Origin: Microcystis aeruginosa NIES-843
Lineage (GTDB): Bacteria; Cyanobacteriota; Cyanobacteriia; Cyanobacteriales; Microcystaceae
Length of the DNA: 32,000 bases
Direction of reading: 5' to 3'
NCBI RefSeq assembly: GCF_000010625.1
Contig: NC_010296.1
Coordinates: 2,460,001 to 2,492,000, forward strand
In this document: positions 25,305 to 32,000 of the stretch, piece by piece
Numbering within the stretch: the stretch's first letter is position 1
How the letters are laid out: every line of letters begins with the position of its first letter
Position numbers and translations under genes: made by a program
Notes under the pieces: generated by a model
Database searches by the model: none
What the model was told of the DNA's origin: nothing
What the model saw: only the letters and a program-made list of their open reading frames with translations

Positions 25305-25401
25305 TAATAAAATTATCGTCAATCTGCCCCGTTTTTTACCTAGAAGTTGGATCGTGTCTTTGATAGAAAAGCAATTTAAGCTATAACTAGAATCACGCCA
25401 A

Positions 25402-26088
25402 TTAGAGCAATTGCTGATAGGATTTTAAGGGAATACCTGTCCGGTTTCTCACTTCGATCGCCGAACGATAGACACCGTTTTTTTCTCTTTCGGCGACAAT
25501 TTTATCAGCCAGGGAAAAGTCAAGACCGAGATTGACTAATTCCGCAACGGAGTAGTAGTTTAAACAACGCCAAGAAACGTCAACTTCTTGGCGAATATCG
25601 TAGGCAAAGATAATCAAAGGTTCCAATTTTTTGAGATAATTTTCTGGTAAACCAGCCAGGAAGTGTAATTCTTCTAAATGGGTAAAAATATGTCCTTCAT
25701 TACGGACAGAAACGATATCATTGGCATAGACAATCGGCAACCCTAATTTATAAACCAGATCGTTGGTGGAACAGCTGTTAATATCAATTTTTTCGAGAGG
25801 AGAGGATGACTGTCTGGAATCGGTTCTATTTGCCGAAGCTATTGGATGGGAATTAAGCTGTTGACGGATGTATAAACCCAGGCCGATTTGGGCAAACCAA
25901 ATTACGATAAAAGACTCTTGTGTAAGGAAAATAAGGGAGATAATTGTCAAAGCAATGCCGACGGATAACCAGCTTTGGTTATTAGTTTTTTTGCCAGCAT
26001 TAGCAATGGCAAGCCCACCGAAAACTGGGACTAAGGATAGCCAGATCCACTCGGAAGATTCGGGAGGGCGAGGAGAGAGATTAGACAT
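25402..26088 (-). CDS. membrane protein with C-terminal degenerate helix-hairpin-helix (ComEA-like) repeats
   Basis: 228 aa. About three N-terminal hydrophobic segments. Two C-terminal units resemble HhH modules (INSCSTNDLVYKLGLP...; SVAELVNLGLDFSLADKIVAEREKNGVYRSAIEVRNRTGIPLKSY). Confidence 0.55.
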   Translation of the reverse strand: MSNLSPRPPESSEWIWLSLVPVFGGLAIANAGKKTNNQSWLSVGIALTIISLIFLTQESFIVIWFAQIGLGLYIRQQLNSHPIASANRTDSRQSSSPLEKIDINSCSTNDLVYKLGLPIVYANDIVSVRNEGHIFTHLEELHFLAGLPENYLKKLEPLIIFAYDIRQEVDVSWRCLNYYSVAELVNLGLDFSLADKIVAEREKNGVYRSAIEVRNRTGIPLKSYQQLL

Positions 26089-26094
26089 ATTTTT

Positions 26095-26448
26095 TTAAAG
26101 AGAATCTAAATATTTTCTGCGTTTTTCTTCGTATTCTTCAGCAGTAATAATTCCCTGATCGTAAAGTTTTTTAAGCTGGAGTAAAGTAGCGGTTTTTTGC
26201 TGACCTGATTCCGGCAGTCCTCGCTCTGTACTGCTGGGGAGATAGTTAGGATTGTATTTAGCATCAAAAGCTTGATCTGACATGATGATTAAACCAATAA
26301 ATTCAAAAAAAGCAATGATGCCGGGGATAAAAGTCCAGAAGAAAAGTAGATAGAGAACACCTGCCAAATTCTCCCCTAGATAAAACTTATGGATGCCAAG
26401 ATAACCAAGAAAAAAGGCTAGTAAAGCCGCTATAGTTCTATTTCTCAT
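26095..26448 (-). CDS. TM2-domain membrane protein with a C-terminal SHOCT-like motif
   Basis: 117 aa. RTIAALLAFFLGYLGIHKFYLG...GVLYLLFFWTFIPGIIAFFE is TM2-like. LLQLKKLYDQGIITAEEYEEKRRKYL is SHOCT-like. Confidence 0.7.
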   Translation of the reverse strand: MRNRTIAALLAFFLGYLGIHKFYLGENLAGVLYLLFFWTFIPGIIAFFEFIGLIIMSDQAFDAKYNPNYLPSSTERGLPESGQQKTATLLQLKKLYDQGIITAEEYEEKRRKYLDSL

Positions 26449-26657
26449 AATTTTTGAGATTTCCCTAATTTAGCCAAAAGAAAGTATAAAACCACGATGC
26501 CTGTCTGTAATTCCAAGAGAGTAATATAACCCTTAACTAGATAATTTAATTCTAGGGAGGAATTAAAGGCAAAAACTAGCACACCCAAGACTAAAAAAGG
26601 CAGTAAACGCCAGCCAGACTTGGGTATTTTTATTCCCGTACTATTAACCTGATTCAT
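26445..26657 (-). CDS. small two-helix membrane protein
   Basis: 70 aa with two hydrophobic spans. Its stop overlaps the start of the TM2 gene by 4 nt (ATGA), suggesting translational coupling. Confidence 0.5.
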   Translation of the reverse strand: MNQVNSTGIKIPKSGWRLLPFLVLGVLVFAFNSSLELNYLVKGYITLLELQTGIVVLYFLLAKLGKSQKL

Positions 26658-26711
26658 GGGCTACTTCTCTAGGTTGGTCTTTTTCGGTGATAGTCGCAAA
26701 ATCGGGCTTTG

Positions 26712-26993
26712 TCAAGGGGTAGTTTGATTAACTTTTAGCATCTCAACGAGGATATTATGGGCATCCTTGGCTGATTCTAGGGTGCGCTCAAAAGGTATTC
26801 TAATTGTTTGACTCTCCCCTAATTTTTCTACGGCTAAATCCATGCCTTGGGGATCTATGGAGAGCATTTGAGCGGTTTCTGCATCGGTAATATTACCGTA
26901 AACTTGAGCGTAGAAAAGCACGGCATCACCGTGATCTTTGTTCATGTGTTTACAGATGCGATCGCTAAGGGCGGGAGTGATAGTTTCAGACAT
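26712..26993 (-). CDS. DUF2470-family protein (haem-utilisation/GluTR-binding-like fold)
   Basis: 93 aa. N-terminal ICKHMNKDHGDAVLFYAQ, as I recall for DUF2470. Confidence 0.65.
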   Translation of the reverse strand: MSETITPALSDRICKHMNKDHGDAVLFYAQVYGNITDAETAQMLSIDPQGMDLAVEKLGESQTIRIPFERTLESAKDAHNILVEMLKVNQTTP

Positions 26994-27136
26994 AATATTC
27001 CCGAAAAAAATCGATAATAAGGTGGGGACGGATAAAAGCCAGTTCTAAATCGAGGCCAATGGGGGGGATATTAGTTAGGGTAGCTTAATTAATCGCTAAT
27101 TGCCAGATAATTTGGGCGTGGGCATGGCAGACATCA
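26910..27136. repeat. segmental duplication, copy 1 (5' 28 codons plus the upstream region of the DUF2470 gene)
   Basis: 227 bp, about 95 percent identical by eye to 28172-28399. Confidence 0.9.
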
Positions 27137-27195
27137 ATAATAAGTTTAATATTATTTTCTTGACAAAAATCCTTAATTGTGCATCGATCTAATTG

Positions 27196-27410
27196 GGGTC
27201 TGCTGAATAAATCTAAAAACCTTGTTGGATAAGACTTTTGGACTTTTTTCCCCTCAAAAAGTGCCAGCCATTGCGGGGATCGGGGGGAAAATTCCTGGAC
27301 TTTTTCCCAGAAAATTAGGTAGTTGACCACCTGAAAATCGATAAAACCCCACACCCCACACCCCACACCCCACACCCTGCCACCACCGAAAAGCTTTTTG
27401 CCGCAAACCC
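27196..27410. mobile_element. family-A MITE copy A3 (215 bp, intron-free), 6-bp TAATTG duplication
   Basis: GGGTCTGCTGAATAAATC...(CCCCACA)4...GCTTTTTGCCGCAAACCC. TAATTG at 27190-27195 and 27411-27416. Confidence 0.8.
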
Positions 27411-27721
27411 TAATTGTCCCACTGAAGGTCAATCGGGGTAGAGAGTAAGATCCCGGGGCTGCCCGCGCATTTAATACTAAATCCGTTGAGTATAGGCTAC
27501 TTATGAGGATAGGCAAGAGGCAAGAGGCAAAAGGAGGAATAGAGAATCAGTCTTTAATAACTGGATTTAGTATAAATTGCCTGTTGAGATGAAACAAGAG
27601 GCAACAGTAAAGGGATTGGGAGAGATTCAGCTAATCTAAGGAGAGGCGATTAAAATGCCTCTTAGCTTAAAACCCCACACCCTGCCCCCGGGAAAAACTT
27701 TTTCAGCACACCCTATATATT

Positions 27722-28255
27722 TTATCGTTCACAACCGACAACAGAAGCGGTGTAGGTATTACCGATGTGCTGAATACCATTGACAAAAAGATTGACTAAA
27801 AAAGGTTGATCATTTGCCCGTACTGTGGCAGTAATTGTTAAGGGTTTATCGGGTTCGATTCGTACTCCATTAGTATTAAAAAATTCCTCGTTAGTTTGAT
27901 CGCTATACTTGAGAAACAGCCGGATATCAAAGGAGGCAGCCCGGGGGACAGAAACCGTAACGATAAACCTCTGAAAACTTCTACCCCCCGGCACTGCCCA
28001 ATCGGTATTCCAATTATTACGAGTTATGGTGACACCGAAAGGCCCTGGAACAGTGGGTTGTGAGACAGTTTTCGTAACTTCACTACCTTCACCGCCTAAT
28101 AGAGAAAGTGGCCGACAATTTTGCGCCGCTGCCGGTAGATGTAAGCTTAATAATACCGCCGATAGACCTAAGTAGAAAAGCACGGCATCACCGTGATCTT
28201 TGTTCCTGTGTTTACAGATGCGATCGCTAATGGCGGGAGTGATAGTTTCAGACAT
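27722..28255 (-). CDS. chimeric ORF: DUF2470 N-terminal 28 aa fused to a predicted secreted beta-rich protein
   Basis: 177 aa. Residues 1-28 derive from the duplicated block, whose boundary at 28172 falls exactly at the end of codon 28. They are followed by LGLSAVLLSLHLPAAAQ (signal-peptide h/c region) and a ~130-aa domain bounded by Cys residues. Confidence 0.6.
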   Translation of the reverse strand: MSETITPAISDRICKHRNKDHGDAVLFYLGLSAVLLSLHLPAAAQNCRPLSLLGGEGSEVTKTVSQPTVPGPFGVTITRNNWNTDWAVPGGRSFQRFIVTVSVPRAASFDIRLFLKYSDQTNEEFFNTNGVRIEPDKPLTITATVRANDQPFLVNLFVNGIQHIGNTYTASVVGCER

Positions 28256-28399
28256 AAGATTCTGGAAAAAAATCGATGATAAGGTGGGGACGGATAAAAG
28301 CCAGTTCTAAATCGAGGCCAATGGGGGGGGATATTAGTTATAGTAGCCTAATTAATCGCTAATTGCCAGATAATTTGAGCTTGGGGATGGCAGACATCA
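28172..28399. repeat. segmental duplication, copy 2
   Basis: See 26910-27136. It ends at the TSD of the IS1634-like element. Confidence 0.9.
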
Positions 28400-28404
28400 T
28401 TAAC

Positions 28405-30478
28405 CCCACATTCCGCACCCTAAGTGTCACAACGTCTCAAAAGAGGAAGGGGCGCGAGTCAAAATACTTATCTAGAGGAGTGAGTTGGCGGCAAGCTGCC
28501 GGCAACTAAGCCGAAAATTTCAGAGTTCCCCCGGTCATTCTCAATAAACAGTGCTTGTTGAGAATGGCTGGGCAATCAGACTTAACATCTAGCGTCGAGA
28601 TGTTCGAGTAGTGCTTAAGTTTTGTCACCCCTTGAAGTCAATCCATCTGGTCAAGATAAGAGATAATATTCCTGGCAAGGTTTGGGAAAAAATCTCAAAA
28701 TGTTGCGCCTCTCATCCGTTAAGTTGCTAATCTTTTGATTGTCTTGAATACGTAGGAGATGAATCCCTTGAAAGCACTGAAATATCCAGCGTAACGTCGG
28801 TCGGTCAGTTAACTTACCCAACGGATTTTTCAGTCCCGTCTCCTGCTGTTTTAAACTTAAACGAAGTTGTCTTTGACCAATAGTATAAACCAGCAGGCAC
28901 AAGCCCATGAGCATGGCCATGACCTCGATTCTATGGGGAGATTTGAGAAAGACACTGTGGGCAAAAAAGCAGGGGTCTTTGAGAAAAGAAAATCCTCTTT
29001 CCGGAGCTTGTTGCCCTTTATATTTTTTGAGTATATCCTCACTGCTTAATCGTTGTTTCTCCAAATCGTTAGTTGCTAAAACGAATCGTCCTGCTCGTTT
29101 CTTTAGCCTCTCAATGGCGGTCAAATTCAACTCTAATTTGGCTTGAACTTGATAGCTTTGAGAGGGTAAATCGTCTTTTGATTTGAGTTTTGACCCCTGG
29201 GACTCAGGCGGAATGAGATTGACTTTAATCTCCGTTAACTGATGAGATTTTAAGGAGTCAGATAATCCTTTGGCTATCGCCAACGCCACCGCTCTATTCT
29301 CAAATTCTCTTCGGGATAGTTGCCGGATTTTTTCTTGGGCAGAATTCTTTTCCTGCTCGATTTTTTTCTCTAATTTTTTCAAGTCTGATTCTTGTCTAGC
29401 TTGACTTTCAACTAGCAACCATCTTTGTTCTATCCCCCCATAGTTAGAGCTTGTTTCCCGCCAGGAATAACCCGGTATTTCTGAATCGGTTAACTCTTTT
29501 TCTGAGATGCTATCGACTAACTCTTGAGCCTCTTTAATGCTTAATGGTACTCGAGACAACCAACGCATTTCTTTCATTAGTTTTAAATTCTCTTTGCTAT
29601 AGAGGGCGCTATCGCCGACTATTAAACTGTCAAAGTCAACTTGTTTTTTAAATTCTCGGGCGATTTGACCAAAAACCGCTTTGTCCGCTTCATTTCCGTC
29701 CCCTACTTTCAGGAATAAAGGTACATCTCCATCCCCACTTACGATTAAGTCAATCATAAATTGTTTTAAGTCAGGTCGTCGGTCGCGGGAGTATCCGTAG
29801 GTAATTTTTATTGGCTGTTGTCTGGTTTCAATTTCTTCTCCCACTGCTCCTGATTTCAGGATTTCTACTGTTGGGTATTCCTTTTTATATTCTCCTTCTA
29901 CTGATAGAGAAGTCGAATCTAAATGGGAGTTCTCGGTTGCTACACCAAATTTTTTCACGGCGGCTAAACTGATGAGTAGGAAAATGACCGAAACATTAAG
30001 TTGATAAAGTTTGTCCATTACTCGACCAATTTTATCATCATTCAAGTGCTTGGGTTCGATGCCCTCTCCCAGCAGATGTTCGGTTGCTTTATCTTCAAAA
30101 AATTGAGGAAATAAATACAAGGCTCGGGAGACAAATCCCAATCCATTCAGGATAATTGCTTTCACGACTTGCCCCGCTGTGACAATTTCTCCTCGCTCAA
30201 TTGAGACTTGTTCGTTGATAATTTCAACGATTCCTATTTCATCGATAATTCCGGCTACTAATCCCAGATGGTCTAGATTTTTGACTTCAATTTCTGTTGA
30301 TTGATTCATGGTCGAACAGTCCACTCGCCTCAGTTTTCCAACAATTCCTATTTTTTCATAATTAGGGGTCTCAAGACCCCCCTAGCGGCCACCGAGAAAA
30401 CCTTCACCAGCTAGGTATTTTTACTCAAGTCTCTGGAGGGGGACAGCTTATGTGACAGTTGAGGGTGCGGAATGTGGG
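28405..30478 (-). mobile_element. IS1634-like (IS4 superfamily) insertion sequence, 2074 bp, 6-bp ATTAAC duplication
   Basis: TIRs are CCCACATTCCGCACCCTAAGTGTCAC at 28405 and the reverse complement of the right end, CCCACATTCCGCACCCTCAACTGTCAC. ATTAAC at 28399-28404 and 30479-30484. Confidence 0.85.
28651..30324 (-). CDS. IS1634-family transposase
   Basis: 557 aa. The N-terminus ...VKNLDHLGLVAGIIDEIGIVEIINE is typical of IS1634-group transposases. There is a long central coiled-coil-like region. Confidence 0.75.
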   Translation of the reverse strand: MDCSTMNQSTEIEVKNLDHLGLVAGIIDEIGIVEIINEQVSIERGEIVTAGQVVKAIILNGLGFVSRALYLFPQFFEDKATEHLLGEGIEPKHLNDDKIGRVMDKLYQLNVSVIFLLISLAAVKKFGVATENSHLDSTSLSVEGEYKKEYPTVEILKSGAVGEEIETRQQPIKITYGYSRDRRPDLKQFMIDLIVSGDGDVPLFLKVGDGNEADKAVFGQIAREFKKQVDFDSLIVGDSALYSKENLKLMKEMRWLSRVPLSIKEAQELVDSISEKELTDSEIPGYSWRETSSNYGGIEQRWLLVESQARQESDLKKLEKKIEQEKNSAQEKIRQLSRREFENRAVALAIAKGLSDSLKSHQLTEIKVNLIPPESQGSKLKSKDDLPSQSYQVQAKLELNLTAIERLKKRAGRFVLATNDLEKQRLSSEDILKKYKGQQAPERGFSFLKDPCFFAHSVFLKSPHRIEVMAMLMGLCLLVYTIGQRQLRLSLKQQETGLKNPLGKLTDRPTLRWIFQCFQGIHLLRIQDNQKISNLTDERRNILRFFPKPCQEYYLLS

Positions 30479-30757
30479 ATTAACGAAGGCAGGGGGCGGT
30501 CGGCAGGGGGCGGTCGGCCGTTTTTGTAACGGGGATTTATGCCCCGCTCCCAAAACTTTTCGCCTTAAGGCGAGGTTTTAGACCCGATTTTTTCGATAAC
30601 AGAGTTTACCCACAGATGGTGGAATTAAACCGATGCTCTGGGGTTGACCCTTCGGCTTCGCTCAGGGTCATTGATATTCTGGTCGGATTTCATCCCCCGC
30701 AAAGGTGAGTATCTTGTCGAAAAATCTAGCGGGGGCATTCATTCGACATTTTAGGTA

Positions 30758-30983
30758 GGGCTTGCTGAATAATGGTAAAACCCTTTTAAAATAAGGCTTT
30801 TGACCTGTTAAAGTCCGATGTTAGTGCAAGAAAATAGGATTGGGACTTTCAAAAACCTTGCATTATCCTTCTTGTGGTACATCGCTTGGTACAAAAAACA
30901 AGGGCAACAAAGCCTGAAACGACCGACTCCTGACTCCTGACTCCTGACTCCTACCCCCAGGAAAAACTTTTTCAGCAGACCCT
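30758..30983. mobile_element. family-A MITE variant A4 (226 bp) with a (CTCCTGA)n core, 6-bp TAGGTA duplication
   Basis: GGGCTTGCTGAATAATGG...(GACTCCT)4...CTTTTTCAGCAGACCC. TAGGTA at 30752-30757 and 30984-30989. Confidence 0.75.
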
Positions 30984-31373
30984 AGGTAAGATCCGGGGCT
31001 GCCCGCGCAGTTAAATTGCTTGTTTAGATGAAACAAGAGGCAACAGTAAAGGGATGGGGAGAGATTCAGCTAATCGGATAGGCGATTAAAATGCCTCTTA
31101 GCTTAAAACCCCACACCCGTTCGGACCTCGGCGTGAGACTTCGGTGTGAGACTTCGGCGTGAGCTTTTGTCGAACGCTCAGTAGTTGGCGTTGTCAGATC
31201 AGAATATGAAAGATGCAATGCAATCCTTGCTATCAAAGTAATTTCAGTTCCGGTGCTGATTCGGATCATCTTTCAATTTGACAACGCCTTTCCACCTCTT
31301 CGACCCCATCTTGCTCCCAAAAATGAGCGGACGATGAGTTAAGACTCTTCCTCACTCTTGATGGCAGGACAAA

Positions 31374-31660
31374 TTGACATCCTCGCCGCCGTAAAACGGA
31401 CGGCGATTCCCAAACCTCACGATTTGGGTTTCTGCTTGGGGTCCCGAAGGATTTTTCGCACCTGCCTTAACAGATTTACTCTGTTCTGGTCTTATGGTCG
31501 CTCTACAGACTGACACCGCAAGCCCTGCGGCCAAAATATTTTTACTGGCGTTAATATCTCGGTCATGGTGAGTCCCACAGTCTGGACAGTCCCATTCTCG
31601 AACATTTAACGGCATTTTCAAGGGCAATATACCCGCAATTACTACACCTTTTAGAGCTAG
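31374..31660 (-). pseudogene. tnpB: IS200/IS605-family tnpB 3' remnant, copy B (not interrupted by IS630)
   Basis: [44 protein letters not shown]... It is identical to copy A over 31549-31660 and shares the same frameshift. The element end ...GGCGGCGAGGATGTCAA lies at 31374. It is cut at 31660 by the IS701-like end. Confidence 0.75.
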
Positions 31661-32000
31661 TGGGACTTAAACAAATTTCAAGCCCAAACAAAGCCTAAAC
31701 TGGCTTTGTAAGCGGCAAACACATCCCGATTCTCGGTCAGCCACTCAAAGAAACGGAAAGACATCGCTGTCCGAAAAGCTTCCAAGGCTTCCACAAAAGT
31801 GTTTAAAGGTCGATTCGCCCACTGCCTTTGCAATCCCCCAGTTAACTTATGCCACAGGATAAATGTATAGGCACAAAACACCAGGATAAAATGACGAAGT
31901 AAGCTTCGTTTATCCCTGACTTGATATTCCCTTAACCCTAACCATCCTTTGGCTTCTCGGTAGAATACTTCCACCCAATTTCTTTCGGTGTAAGTCCTCA
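31661..32000 (-). mobile_element. IS701-like insertion sequence, copy B (partial; runs off the window) with the 3' end of its transposase (31678-32000)
   Basis: TGGGACTTAAAC at 31661. The sequence is nearly identical to 7766-8108. The encoded C-terminus is ...VEVFYREAKGWLGLREYQVRDKRSLLRHF...ASLGFVWA. Confidence 0.8.

Noticed and set aside
27085-27516. A 143-aa ORF spanning 27085-27516.
   Set aside because: It reads straight through the family-A MITE (27196-27410) and heptamer repeats. After in-silico excision only a ~38-codon frame without a start remains.
30520-30556. A 37-nt CRISPR-repeat-like unit (GTTTTTG...hairpin...CAAAAC).
   Set aside because: It occurs only once in 32 kb, with no repeat-spacer periodicity and no cas genes. 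I kept it only as part of the structured non-coding segment.
31066-31269. A 67-aa minus-strand ORF.
   Set aside because: It is built from the 13-nt tandem repeat and the long hairpin arms, which makes it a repeat-derived frame.
31107-31300. A possible second group II intron 3' end, because the sequence after CCCCACACCC starts GTT... like the intron junction at 9107.
   Set aside because: The minus-strand reading shows no domain V-like AGC/GNRA hairpin and no GUGYG partner. The resemblance is limited to 3 nt.

Overview
This looks like a cyanobacterial chromosomal window. It has many HIP1 GCGATCGC sites, a cphB-cphA cyanophycin pair and an NdhF3/F4-type gene. The AT-rich composition and very high IS/MITE load resemble Microcystis, but that is inference only, since no database search was possible. 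Ordinary housekeeping blocks are present: upp, rpsU, a CsoR-like repressor, tRNA-Thr, ndhF, a PHP phosphoesterase, a Ser/Thr kinase with TPR repeats, trmD, cphB, cphA, a PfkB kinase, an SDR, a small membrane-protein operon and DUF2470. Three regions of nested mobile DNA separate them, at about 5.5-13.3 kb, 19.8-22.4 kb and 27-32 kb. I could delimit most insertions to the nucleotide from terminal inverted repeats, target-site duplications, and open reading frames that are restored when the insert is removed. The elements are two IS630-type IS, an IS701-like IS (two copies), ISAzo13-like, IS1-like and IS1634-like IS, two IS605-type tnpB pseudogene copies, and at least four MITE families. The most unusual item is a 786-nt ORF-less group II intron with a 5' GUGCG, a canonical domain V and a domain VI. 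It sits in the heptamer-repeat core of a ~215-bp MITE and occurs as two near-identical MITE+intron composites with different 6-bp target duplications. Other items worth a second look: (1) a 227-bp segmental duplication that fuses the promoter and first 28 codons of the DUF2470 gene in frame to a secreted-protein gene; (2) a tandem triplication carrying the 3' tail of the PHP gene upstream of ndhF; (3) an SDR gene hit by two different MITEs within 110 bp; (4) a 45-nt palindromic in-frame insertion splitting the D-E motif of an IS630 transposase; (5) an A8 slippery run separating the two halves of the ISAzo13 transposase; (6) a structured non-coding segment at 30.49-30.76 kb. I did not recognise a cas locus, a toxin-antitoxin pair or a classical defence operon. 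Family names come from motif recall only.
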